Of a stretch of DNA of 64,000 nucleotides, positions 1 to 8,596 are shown in pieces. Under the pieces are notes generated by a model that did not search any database, was not told where the DNA came from, and saw only the letters and a program-made list of their open reading frames with translations. The position numbers and the translations under genes were made by a program. The DNA comes from a virus, in the IMG/VR virus record IMGVR_UViG_3300028581_000020, positions 32,001 to 96,000 of that record, one strand, 5' to 3'. Numbering within the stretch: the stretch's first letter is position 1; each line of letters opens with the position of its first letter.

Positions 1-1
1 A

Positions 2-76
2 GTTGACGATACTGGGATTCCTTTTACATATATCGGAAATGAAGTTGAAAAAGAAGTCAAGGACTTGCTTAAGTAA
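2..76 (+). CDS. 3' end of small protein with C-terminal EVEKEVKDLLK helix motif (partial)
   Basis: Frame 2 reads VDDTGIPFTYIGNEVEKEVKDLLK-TAA; the stop overlaps the ATG at 76. Confidence 0.75.
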   Translation, partial: VDDTGIPFTYIGNEVEKEVKDLLK

Positions 77-432
77 TGAAACTCAAATACTTCGATCTGG
101 CAAGACAGCTCTCTGAGAAATCCGACCACCACACGTATAAAATTGGTTGCGTCATTGTTCGTAAAAATCGCATAATTGGAATGGGCTGTAATAAAATGAA
201 AACCCATGTGGCTTCTCCACACAAATGGAAACATATTCACGCAGAATTTGATGCCATTCTTTCGACTCGAAATAAAGAGGACCTTGTTGGTGCGAGCGTT
301 TATGTATTCCGCGCAAGGAAAGACGGAACGAACGCCATTTCAAAACCGTGTCCATCTTGTAAAAATATGTTGCAATCTGTAGGTGTCTCTGATATCTTCT
401 ATACAGAGGACGGTGGATATGGGAAAATTTAA
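76..432 (+). CDS. zinc-dependent cytidine/dCMP-deaminase family protein
   Basis: HAE and PCPSC zinc-binding motifs. Confidence 0.85.
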   Translation: MKLKYFDLARQLSEKSDHHTYKIGCVIVRKNRIIGMGCNKMKTHVASPHKWKHIHAEFDAILSTRNKEDLVGASVYVFRARKDGTNAISKPCPSCKNMLQSVGVSDIFYTEDGGYGKI

Positions 433-637
433 AATAGGGCAATTGATTGAGAGTTCTGCGCATCCCGGTAATATTACTCTAGATAAAATAATTACGGACA
501 TTAAAGAAGAAATTTATATTTGTAAAAATGTAGTAAATGGTGCTCAATTGTACCTTCCTTTTAGTTTTGTCGATAACCGTTACACTTTACATAAATCTTG
601 CCAAATTGAAGAAGAAGTGAAGGATTTATTGAAATGA
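419..637 (+). CDS. small protein, C-terminal helix family (QIEEEVKDLLK)
   Basis: Likely start ATG 419 (MGKFKIGQ); shared C-terminal motif. Confidence 0.75.
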   Translation: MGKFKIGQLIESSAHPGNITLDKIITDIKEEIYICKNVVNGAQLYLPFSFVDNRYTLHKSCQIEEEVKDLLK

Positions 638-858
638 GCTTTAGAGTGGAAATTGGGATGGTATTTCGAGTTCCGCAAGGACTCCAAAGCAGCGGTCCCT
701 GGCACTTCGAATACCTAGGCAACGGTAACTTTAAAAATCTAGAAATTAATAAAATTATTAGCTATGATCCAGACCATTCTTTGTGGGAATCTTATTATGT
801 TCCAAACTATAAAAAAACTAAGGAGATTAAAGATGAAATTTCTACTCTTCTGTCTTAG
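634..858 (+). CDS. small protein, C-terminal helix family (EIKDEISTLLS)
   Basis: ATGA overlap with the previous gene; shared C-terminal motif. Confidence 0.75.
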   Translation: MSFRVEIGMVFRVPQGLQSSGPWHFEYLGNGNFKNLEINKIISYDPDHSLWESYYVPNYKKTKEIKDEISTLLS

Positions 859-1255
859 CCTTTTACCTATTGCCGCACATGCTTGGGGAGAAGTTGATGG
901 TTATCTAGAAGCTCGCAAATATTTTAATGCAAATTATCCTGGTCATTTTGATGCCACAGGAGATCCACAATTATACGGCGTAGATTTCCAATTTAACTTT
1001 CGGCTTGTTCCCAAATATTTTACACTAATTGCCGGAGCCAGGTCTAATGGTAATGCCCACGGCTTCTCTCAAGCAGCCGGACGGGCTGGTATTGAAACGC
1101 ATTGGAAAATGCCCTTTGGTGGTCCGCGCATTGACGTTGGAGTTATGCACGAATCGCAACATAATTTTGAATATGAACAAGGCCTGAACGTTCCCTATCG
1201 CTTCTATACGGGAGAATGGCTGTATGTCCGATACAATTTTGGAAATAAGCCGTAA
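833..1255 (+). CDS. exported protein, possible small outer-membrane beta-barrel
   Basis: AAGGAG upstream of ATG 833; signal peptide MKFLLFCLSLLPIAAHA; alternating aromatic strands ending WLYVRYNF. Confidence 0.6.
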   Translation: MKFLLFCLSLLPIAAHAWGEVDGYLEARKYFNANYPGHFDATGDPQLYGVDFQFNFRLVPKYFTLIAGARSNGNAHGFSQAAGRAGIETHWKMPFGGPRIDVGVMHESQHNFEYEQGLNVPYRFYTGEWLYVRYNFGNKP

Positions 1256-1257
1256 TT

Positions 1258-1509
1258 ATGATGCAAGTTATTACCGTATATAACGGAACGGTTCTAAAAA
1301 ATAAAAATACCGGGACGAAGTGGACCTTTGTTATTGAACCTAATGAGATGTATTGGCTTCGGAATGGGACACATAAATATCCAGTAAACAGCGATGAAGT
1401 TACAAAACGTGAAAATTCCGATCAATACGAGGCGTCAATTCCTGATTTTTTTATCGACATTACAAAAAGCAATGAAATTGAAAAAGAAGTGAAAGACTTG
1501 TTGTCTTGA
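1258..1509 (+). CDS. small protein, C-terminal helix family (EIEKEVKDLLS)
   Basis: ORF track; shared C-terminal motif. Confidence 0.75.
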   Translation: MMQVITVYNGTVLKNKNTGTKWTFVIEPNEMYWLRNGTHKYPVNSDEVTKRENSDQYEASIPDFFIDITKSNEIEKEVKDLLS

Positions 1510-1718
1510 AATCAGCGGATAAAATTGTAGCGGTCAACGATTCCAAAGGTATAACGTATTATGCCTTTAATTTTGACAGTCAAATGTATTGTGCTTATTT
1601 TATGGACTCTGTAAATTTCTATTCCTTTCATAGCGGCTGGCTTCCTATAAATGACGAGGCCCGGAGAATTCTTAAACAACACGAAGTTAATGCTGAGATC
1701 AAGAGTCTATTAAAATGA
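1506..1718 (+). CDS. small protein, C-terminal helix family (EVNAEIKSLLK)
   Basis: TTGA overlap start; shared C-terminal motif. Confidence 0.7.
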   Translation: MKSADKIVAVNDSKGITYYAFNFDSQMYCAYFMDSVNFYSFHSGWLPINDEARRILKQHEVNAEIKSLLK

Positions 1719-1963
1719 AATTTAAAGTCGGTGAATACTACGAAATAACCGAAGACATGCAGGGACACGCAGTATGCCACAAACGCGGCTCGGTTTTTAA
1801 AGTTATGGAATCAACTTCAGAAATTGATAGATTCGTAATCAGATTTATTGATGGAGAAAAAACAACCGGGCCTTGGTATGACGGAATGTCTTGCTATAAG
1901 CACCGCCCAGAACTAAAAAAGGGCGACCAAGTAAAAGAAGAACTTGACAATCTACTAGCGTGA
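1715..1963 (+). CDS. small protein, C-terminal helix family (QVKEELDNLLA)
   Basis: Starts MKFKVGE; shared C-terminal motif. Confidence 0.75.
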   Translation: MKFKVGEYYEITEDMQGHAVCHKRGSVFKVMESTSEIDRFVIRFIDGEKTTGPWYDGMSCYKHRPELKKGDQVKEELDNLLA

Positions 1964-1972
1964 TGATAATAT
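1944..1972 (+). promoter_or_regulatory. sigma70-like promoter upstream of the IMPDH gene
   Basis: TTGACA-17 nt-TAATAT. Confidence 0.5.
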
Positions 1973-1980
1973 AGTTCTAT

Positions 1981-3045
1981 ATGAAATTAGCATTTGATGA
2001 CGTTCTTATTAGTCCCGGATTTTCCCATATCAACTCCCGTAAAGACGTTGACCTTTCCTCCAACCTCGGAAGCTTGGGATTGAAACTCCCAGTAATCTCG
2101 GCTCCGATGGATACTGTAACGGGACCTGCGATGGCAAACGCCCTATCCAAGGTTGGCGCTGCCGCAGCCCTTCATCGCTTTCAAAGTATTGATGATAATT
2201 TGAAGCAGTTTAAAGCTTGTGAAGGAAAAGTCATTGTTTCTGTAGGCTTGAACGATTGGGAACGAACCAGCGCTCTTTATGATGCTGGTGCTGAATATTT
2301 CCTATTAGACATTGCTCATGGAGCGCAAATGCAGGTTGTAGATTGGGTATCTGCCTTTCGGCAGAAGTATTCTGGAGTATGGCTAATGGTTGGGAATTTT
2401 GCTAATGCGAATCAAATCCACACATTTATGACACATACAAATAAAGTAGATAGTTGGAGGATAGGAGTGGGCTCAGGATCGAGTTGCGAAACAAGAGTTA
2501 AGACCGGATGTGGTTTGCCGACTCTTTCAAGCCTTCTCTCCATCAAAGATTATAATTCATCAAATTGGAAGCATCAAATCGAGAATATTGTTGCTGATGG
2601 CGGAATTAAGAATCCTGGGGACGTTGCAAAGTCCTTGGCCGCAGGAGCTTCTGCTGTAATGGTCGGAAAACTTCTTGCTGGAACTGATGAAAGTCCTGGT
2701 GAAATTACAGAAGTCGGAGGATGGTTTGCTCGACCTGATAAATACGCCGTCGAGAAAGAAACCCGAGTTGACGGCATTAAAGTGAAACAATATAGAGGCT
2801 CGGCTTCCGCCGAAAGCTATAAAGATCAAGGAAAAATCCAAGGCTATATTACGACAGAAGGAGTGTCCTTCACAATTCCGTATAAAGGCCCAGTATCTTC
2901 TGTGTTAACCGACATTGAAGGTGGCCTTCGTTCTGCCCTCACCTACGCGGGCGTTTCGAACCTGAAGGATTTTAGACAGTCTGCTGAGCTTGTACAGATT
3001 ACGAATGCCGGAGCTTTAGAAAGCAAAGCACATGGCAAAATTTGA
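1981..3045 (+). CDS. guaB: IMP dehydrogenase / GMP reductase family protein lacking CBS domains
   Basis: FDDVLI, SAPMDTVT, DIAHG, GVGSGSSCETR catalytic Cys loop, ADGGI, YRGSAS. Confidence 0.9.
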   Translation: MKLAFDDVLISPGFSHINSRKDVDLSSNLGSLGLKLPVISAPMDTVTGPAMANALSKVGAAAALHRFQSIDDNLKQFKACEGKVIVSVGLNDWERTSALYDAGAEYFLLDIAHGAQMQVVDWVSAFRQKYSGVWLMVGNFANANQIHTFMTHTNKVDSWRIGVGSGSSCETRVKTGCGLPTLSSLLSIKDYNSSNWKHQIENIVADGGIKNPGDVAKSLAAGASAVMVGKLLAGTDESPGEITEVGGWFARPDKYAVEKETRVDGIKVKQYRGSASAESYKDQGKIQGYITTEGVSFTIPYKGPVSSVLTDIEGGLRSALTYAGVSNLKDFRQSAELVQITNAGALESKAHGKI

Positions 3046-3298
3046 GGTAGGACAGCAATATAGGTTTTCTCCAAAAGGAGTTTATAATCTCACGTTTGAA
3101 GTTTTATCTAAAACTGATGATGGTAGTTATAAATGTATTACGTTGACATTTGAAGCTACTGGAGCGACGCCTACGCCGACTGAAATAGCCGTTCCCGGAA
3201 AAACCTGGACATTTACACCGACTTCTTATATTGAAGAAATTTCAACATCACTAAAAGCCGAAGAAGTAATGGCAGAAATAAAAGAGCTTCTGTCATGA
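3032..3298 (+). CDS. small protein, C-terminal helix family (EVMAEIKELLS)
   Basis: Starts MAKFEVGQ; shared C-terminal motif. Confidence 0.75.
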   Translation: MAKFEVGQQYRFSPKGVYNLTFEVLSKTDDGSYKCITLTFEATGATPTPTEIAVPGKTWTFTPTSYIEEISTSLKAEEVMAEIKELLS

Positions 3299-3447
3299 AG
3301 ATTCTTTGGTTTGTCATATATTATCTAGTGTTATCTGTAATGTGTGCGGGATTTGGACTTATGGGCTGGTATCCGCATTATCGACTTATACTTCTTTCTC
3401 TTTCAGCAATGATGCTTACGAGCTGGACTTTTAGGCTTTTCAAATGA
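3295..3447 (+). CDS. 50-aa membrane protein with two predicted TM segments (not in ORF track)
   Basis: MKILWFVIYYLVLSVMCAGFGLMGWYPHYRLILLSLSAMMLTSWTFRLFK; ATGA overlaps at both ends. Confidence 0.65.
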   Translation: MKILWFVIYYLVLSVMCAGFGLMGWYPHYRLILLSLSAMMLTSWTFRLFK

Positions 3448-4106
3448 AAACATTTCTATTAGCAGTTCTATTATCCTTCACAGTTTTTGCTAAAGAGACT
3501 CGTATTAAAATCGCAGTGATTGACACCGGCATTAAAGATTCTCCAGAAATTACTCCTTATCTATGTAAAAAGGGCCATAAAAACTTTACAAAAGGAACTC
3601 TTAAAGACGTTCATGGCCACGGAACAAATGTGGTCGGTCTTATTGCTAATAACATTAATAAGAATAAAGTATGCCTATTAATTATTAAATACTACCATTT
3701 AGAAACCGATGTGCTTCCTCCTGAAAAATACGGAGAGTTGTTTGATTATGTCAGAAAACAAAAAGTCAAATATATAAACTTTAGCTCTACGGGAAGAAGT
3801 CCTATCGAAGTTGAAAGACAGCAAATTTTAAGCTTGCTTTCTAAAAAAGTACATGTTATAGTTGCAGCAGGAAATGAAGGGATTAATCTGAAATATGACT
3901 GTTCTTCTTTCCCCGGTTGTTATAACATAACGTCTCAGTATTTCCATGTTGTTGGTGCTAAAGACCTGCTAGAAAGTAATTATGGAATGCTGGGACAAGA
4001 GTATGAAAATGGAAAAGATCAGTGTTCTCTAGGCGTTTGTCTTTCGGGATCTAGTCAAGCAACTGCTGTATATACAGGAAAACTTGCGGCAAAGGAGACT
4101 CGATAA
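3444..4106 (+). CDS. exported subtilisin-like (S8) serine protease
   Basis: Signal peptide; VIDTG (Asp), HGHGT (His), AAGN (oxyanion Asn), SGSSQAT (Ser). Confidence 0.85.
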   Translation: MKTFLLAVLLSFTVFAKETRIKIAVIDTGIKDSPEITPYLCKKGHKNFTKGTLKDVHGHGTNVVGLIANNINKNKVCLLIIKYYHLETDVLPPEKYGELFDYVRKQKVKYINFSSTGRSPIEVERQQILSLLSKKVHVIVAAGNEGINLKYDCSSFPGCYNITSQYFHVVGAKDLLESNYGMLGQEYENGKDQCSLGVCLSGSSQATAVYTGKLAAKETR

Positions 4107-5069
4107 GTGTTTAAAGTAAAGAGTAAGAAAGTCTTAGGAACTCTAGAAATTGGTGAAGAAATTCCTGACAGCGACTTTGCTCTGCATTGTCCACAAACTA
4201 ATGAGTTTGTTCAGTTTGAATATGTTGATGGTGAAAAGGTTTACGGACAAACTGAGGTTCGTCCTGGCATCTTTGCCATTTCTAAACGTGCAACGGGTCT
4301 TGTATTAGAAAAAACTTCTTTTGTATCTGACAATATTCTAGAAGAGTTTGTTCACACCCACGACATTCAGGACAAGATTGATTGCTTTTTTAAAAACATT
4401 CACGTATATGCGGAAGAAGGATTTGAAGTTGCTAAGCGTGGGATTTTACTGTGGGGACCTGCGGGCACCGGCAAAAGCACCGCCATCTCCAAGGTATGCC
4501 GTGGTTATGTAAACGACAATAAAACTGCGGTGATTGTCTGGCATACGGACAAATTTGAACCTCAAGTAATTAAGGGATTTATTAAGCATTTTAAATACGT
4601 TGGAGTTGAAAAAATCATCTTTGTTGCTGAAGACATTGGTGGAACAGAGCAGGAAAATGCCCGTTTTCGTAGTGACGCGTCTCTTTTATCTCTTCTGGAT
4701 AACCAAGAAAAGACTTTCACTATCCCAACGCTTATCCTGGCCACTACGAACTTTCCAGAAGCATTCCTAGCAAACTTAACAAACCGGCCTAATCGTTTTG
4801 ATGATAAGATTCAAGTCGGGTATCCTGATAAAGAAAGCCGAGGGAAACTCCTTAGCTTCTTCACAAAAGGTGCAGCAACTCCTGAAGACATCTCTCTAAT
4901 CCAAGACAACAAATGTAAAGAATTTACCCCCGCCCATATTCGAGAAATCCGTATCCGGTCCCGTATCTACTCTAAAACTATTAAACAAGTGATTACGGAA
5001 ATGCTTAAAGAAATTGCGGAATATAAAGCGATGTTCCAGGATAAGAAGGCCATGGGATTCAATGACTAA
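4107..5069 (+). CDS. AAA+ ATPase (classical AAA clade, single domain)
   Basis: Walker A GPAGTGKS, Walker B FVAED, sensor-1 ATTN, Arg finger RPNRFD. Confidence 0.9.
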   Translation: MFKVKSKKVLGTLEIGEEIPDSDFALHCPQTNEFVQFEYVDGEKVYGQTEVRPGIFAISKRATGLVLEKTSFVSDNILEEFVHTHDIQDKIDCFFKNIHVYAEEGFEVAKRGILLWGPAGTGKSTAISKVCRGYVNDNKTAVIVWHTDKFEPQVIKGFIKHFKYVGVEKIIFVAEDIGGTEQENARFRSDASLLSLLDNQEKTFTIPTLILATTNFPEAFLANLTNRPNRFDDKIQVGYPDKESRGKLLSFFTKGAATPEDISLIQDNKCKEFTPAHIREIRIRSRIYSKTIKQVITEMLKEIAEYKAMFQDKKAMGFND

Positions 5070-5283
5070 AAAAATGCCGCAGCAAACCCCGCTAGTTGAT
5101 TTTATTCTAAAAGATAACACTAAGATCAATATAATTGATAAGCCTAGTCCCAGAACCTATATGGTTTCAGAATACGGCAACGAATACATGATTAATGGGG
5201 AATACGAATTTGCCATCTGCCCAGAATCCGGAAGTATTAATAGAATTATATATGACGAAATGTTTAGAAAGTTTCTTAAATGA
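5062..5283 (+). CDS. hypothetical protein
   Basis: Likely ATG 5062 overlapping the previous stop region. Confidence 0.5.
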   Translation: MTKKMPQQTPLVDFILKDNTKINIIDKPSPRTYMVSEYGNEYMINGEYEFAICPESGSINRIIYDEMFRKFLK

Positions 5284-5678
5284 AAACGACAAAAAATATG
5301 CACTGGGCAAATCCTTTTATTAAGTCCGTCAAAGATATTGTAGACCTACATAAACTCACTAAAGTAAGTGGTTATATTGTTCCATTTGGAAAAGAAGCTG
5401 TCAACGACGGGACATTGCATAAAACTGGGAATTCGTACACCCTACAAGTGAGGCTTAATTATTGTCAGGGATCTTCAAAACACGCGCACTATCAGCGCAT
5501 GCCGTTTCCGAGTATTCTAGATACACTAGCTCACGAACTTGCCCATATACAAGAATGGGAACACACGGTTGAGCATATGAAGTTACAATACCGCATCATG
5601 CAAAGATTTGCCACCGTCGTAAAAAAGAAATACGATCCTAAAAATTACTATAATATCAAGTATTGGAGAGAGTTGTGA
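5280..5678 (+). CDS. HExxH zinc metallopeptidase-like protein (SprT/WLM-like)
   Basis: TLAHELAH...H motif. Confidence 0.65.
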   Translation: MKTTKNMHWANPFIKSVKDIVDLHKLTKVSGYIVPFGKEAVNDGTLHKTGNSYTLQVRLNYCQGSSKHAHYQRMPFPSILDTLAHELAHIQEWEHTVEHMKLQYRIMQRFATVVKKKYDPKNYYNIKYWREL

Positions 5679-6157
5679 AGGTTTGTTCCGTATCTGGTTG
5701 TGGGAAAAAAATCCATTCCCGCGGGCTTTGTAATCCGCACGCCCATAAAAAACGTCGCACAGAACATCCGACCGTGGACAAAGAATACGAAAAAACTCCG
5801 GGTGGCTTTTTAATGCGCGCGTATAGAAATATGAAGTCGCGAGTAACAGGAGTACAAAAAAAGAAGTTCTACCTGTACAAAGGTCTTTCTATTCTTCCTA
5901 AAGAACAATTTTACGAGTGGTCGAAAGAAAATAAGGACTTCTGGCGTCTCTTTAAGAACTGGGCGGATCATAGTTATGACCGAAAGTTGAGTCCTTCTGT
6001 AAATCGTATTGACTCTAAGAAAGGATACGAAATTGGCAACATTGAGTGGATTACCCATTCCATCAATTCATCGCTTAGCTCTGTTACTAAGCGTAATAAA
6101 AATAAAGAACTCGAACAAATTTATAAAACACTAGGAGTAAATAATGTCAAAGCTTGA
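5675..6157 (+). CDS. HNH-type endonuclease-like protein with N-terminal zinc knuckle
   Basis: CSVSGC...GLCNPH; SVNRIDSKKGYEIGNIEW resembles the SIDRID..KGY...N motif. Confidence 0.65.
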   Translation: MKVCSVSGCGKKIHSRGLCNPHAHKKRRTEHPTVDKEYEKTPGGFLMRAYRNMKSRVTGVQKKKFYLYKGLSILPKEQFYEWSKENKDFWRLFKNWADHSYDRKLSPSVNRIDSKKGYEIGNIEWITHSINSSLSSVTKRNKNKELEQIYKTLGVNNVKA

Positions 6158-6884
6158 AAAAGTTCTAATTGTACCTGATACGCACGTTCCTTATCACGAT
6201 AAGAAAGCATTCGAATTAATGTTGAAGGTTGCGAAGAAATTCAAACCGTACCATTTGATTATCGGCGGAGATTTTATCGATAACTATTCGGTATCTTCCC
6301 ATAATAAAGATCCTAATCGAGCTTTGAAATTGAACGACGAAGTGAACGAAACCATTAAGGAACTTAAAAAACTCAAGGCTCTCGACGCCAAGAACAACGT
6401 TTTTCTAGGGGGAAACCATGAGGACCGTCTAGAGCGCTATCTGATGGAAAAGGCCCCGGAACTTTACAATATTATCTCAACTCCTTCCATTCTGAAACTC
6501 AAGGAAATTGGGTTTAATTACGTTCCTTATAAACATTCGTACAAACTAGGAAAGCTTGCAATTACTCACGATTTGGGGAAGGCCGGACGTTTCGCTCATT
6601 ATAAAGCGATGGACGATTATCAAAATAATATTGTAATTAACCACACGCACCGTTTAGGATATGCCGTCGAAGGCGATGTTGAAGGTAATAAGCACGTCGC
6701 GGCAATGTTTGGCTGGCTCGGCGATGTTGAAGGTGTTGATTATAAACATCGTCAATTGGCAAAGAAAGAATGGTCACTTGGCTTTGGTATTGGTTATCTC
6801 GATCCAAAGACGAAAGTTGTATACCTCCAGCCGATCCCCATTGTGAATTATACGTGTGTCGTTGAAGGAACCCTTTTTACTTGA
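6144..6884 (+). CDS. calcineurin-like metallophosphoesterase
   Basis: DTH, GDFID, GNHE, HTH motifs. Confidence 0.85.
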   Translation: MSKLEKVLIVPDTHVPYHDKKAFELMLKVAKKFKPYHLIIGGDFIDNYSVSSHNKDPNRALKLNDEVNETIKELKKLKALDAKNNVFLGGNHEDRLERYLMEKAPELYNIISTPSILKLKEIGFNYVPYKHSYKLGKLAITHDLGKAGRFAHYKAMDDYQNNIVINHTHRLGYAVEGDVEGNKHVAAMFGWLGDVEGVDYKHRQLAKKEWSLGFGIGYLDPKTKVVYLQPIPIVNYTCVVEGTLFT

Positions 6885-6928
6885 CAAAATCATTAAGCCG
6901 TGGGAAACTATTTAAATAAAGGAGATAT

Positions 6929-7087
6929 ATGAAGTACATTATTCTGGCCCTAGCAATTTCTGCCTGTTGTTCCCATCCTCCTAAACGTGTCGTGCCTAAA
7001 GGACATAAAACGTCTGCACATAAAAAGGCACCAAAAGTCCATAAAACCCCTCCAGCACGTTCAGTTAAGGTTCGAGGGGACGTATGA
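6929..7087 (+). CDS. small basic lipoprotein (not in ORF track)
   Basis: AAGGAG SD; MKYIILALAISAC lipobox followed by a K/H/P-rich tail; TTGACA at 6881. Confidence 0.6.
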   Translation: MKYIILALAISACCSHPPKRVVPKGHKTSAHKKAPKVHKTPPARSVKVRGDV

Positions 7088-7242
7088 CTCGCCAAGATTT
7101 AGAAGCTATGGACGTTCCTGACGCCCCTAGCGCCTTAGAGCTTGAGATGTTTTTAAACGACGTTCTCGATTTTGAGCCCTCATATCCAGATGAAGTTCAA
7201 AAGCTTAAGACCTGGGCAAAAGATCTATTGGAGCGTTTGTAA
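7084..7242 (+). CDS. 52-aa acidic hypothetical protein (not in ORF track)
   Basis: ATGA and TAATG overlaps with its neighbours. Confidence 0.55.
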   Translation: MTRQDLEAMDVPDAPSALELEMFLNDVLDFEPSYPDEVQKLKTWAKDLLERL

Positions 7243-7481
7243 TGAATAACATTGAGCTTACTATGAGACAATATGTTGTGCTTAATAAGAATACCGGGGA
7301 TCTTCTAATTGCCACGCCTTTGTATCCCGAGCAAGCAAATCTAGATAACGTTGATGGGTATTCTATTTCCATTTCTGTAAAGCCCGAGAATCCTTGGGCT
7401 TTTGCATTGGAAAACGATCAGCATATGGAAGTGTATGCTGAAGGTATTAAGAATTATTTCGAGATCCTTGGAGATTTGTAA
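7242..7481 (+). CDS. hypothetical protein
   Basis: Translationally coupled ORF. Confidence 0.6.
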   Translation: MNNIELTMRQYVVLNKNTGDLLIATPLYPEQANLDNVDGYSISISVKPENPWAFALENDQHMEVYAEGIKNYFEILGDL

Positions 7482-7756
7482 TGGAGCTTTCCGCTTGCTC
7501 TTCTTGCGGTTGGGTTCATTTTGTTGTTTCTAGGGAACATGCGGAAAAGGAAGTGGTAAGATTTAACGAGTATTTCAATAAGCTGGGAGACAAAGAAAAG
7601 TATGAATACTATGGAGGAAAGCCTTCGAGTATTGTATCATATCAGCATTGCTTTTGTTGTGGAAATTCTTATAAAGAATTTGTAGATTACGACGTAAATA
7701 AACATAATAACATTAACGGCCATACGCTATCACCAATTATGAGGAGAGAAGAATGA
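7481..7756 (+). CDS. putative zinc-ribbon protein
   Basis: CSSC and CFCC pairs. Confidence 0.6.
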   Translation: MELSACSSCGWVHFVVSREHAEKEVVRFNEYFNKLGDKEKYEYYGGKPSSIVSYQHCFCCGNSYKEFVDYDVNKHNNINGHTLSPIMRREE

Positions 7757-8169
7757 CACAGAAAGAATTTTTAGAGCTGTTTGATCGAGAAGTGGCGCTT
7801 ATGCGTGAAACGCTGGTTGCCAAGGGCAATGACTATTCTGGTGGAGATTCGGATACTCTTGCGAATTTCAAGATGACAGAAAAGTTAGGATTGGCAGATG
7901 CCGACACTGGCCTTCTTATCCGTATGGTCGATAAAATCCAGCGCGTGAAGAGCTTCCTTCAACGAGGAGAGCTTTCTGTTAAGAACGAGTCGGCAAAAGA
8001 TGCCGTTCGCGACATTATCGGCTATTCTTTCCTAGAGCTTGCTCTTATGGAAGAAAAGGAAGAGCGTGTTAATGTTCCTGTTAAATTCACAATGACCGAT
8101 GGAAAAGTCACGGTATCTCCGGTTGGTAATGAAATTAACTACGGACACGAATGGGTTATCCCTGGTTGA
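7753..8169 (+). CDS. DUF1599-like nucleotide-modification-associated (MazG-like) protein
   Basis: KGNDYS...LANF...RMVDKIQR...DIIGY pattern; adjacent to dUTPase. Confidence 0.55.
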   Translation: MTQKEFLELFDREVALMRETLVAKGNDYSGGDSDTLANFKMTEKLGLADADTGLLIRMVDKIQRVKSFLQRGELSVKNESAKDAVRDIIGYSFLELALMEEKEERVNVPVKFTMTDGKVTVSPVGNEINYGHEWVIPG

Positions 8170-8170
8170 T

Positions 8171-8596
8171 ATGAAAGTGAAAATTAAACGTCTGCATGAA
8201 AACGCTGTAATTCCCCGGCGAGCGAAAAATGGCGACGCCGGTCTAGACATTGTTGCAACGTCAAAAGACATTCAGGAACTTTATACAGAATACGGCACCG
8301 GAATACAATTAGAGCTGCCTCCGAACCATGTAGGACTTTTGTTCCCTCGAAGCTCGATCTCCAATAAAGTTCAGATGTTATCGAATTCTGTAGGCGTAAT
8401 TGACGAAAATTACCGTGGGGAAATCAAATTTCGTTTTCGCGACCGTTTCGGAGCAACAACGAAAAATACATACGATATTGGCGATAGAATCGGACAATTG
8501 ATTATTATTCCGTATCCAGAAGTGGAATTGGAAGAAGTTGACGAATTGTCTGAAACTGAACGGGGAACCGGGGCATATGGGAGCAGCGGCAAATGA
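8171..8596 (+). CDS. dut: trimeric dUTPase
   Basis: AGLD, PRSS, GVIDENYRGEI, RIGQL, RGTGAYGSSG motifs. Confidence 0.95.
   Translation: MKVKIKRLHENAVIPRRAKNGDAGLDIVATSKDIQELYTEYGTGIQLELPPNHVGLLFPRSSISNKVQMLSNSVGVIDENYRGEIKFRFRDRFGATTKNTYDIGDRIGQLIIIPYPEVELEEVDELSETERGTGAYGSSGK

Noticed and set aside
2-3298. The C-terminal motif as a DNA repeat, integron attC-like site or mere SD by-product
   Set aside because: Codons vary synonymously, there is no palindromic structure, and the motif persists where the next gene is not coupled (1963).
7084-7242. EVQKLKTWAKDLLERL as an eighth member of the helix family
   Set aside because: LL is not at -3/-2 and the invariant Glu at -7 is missing.
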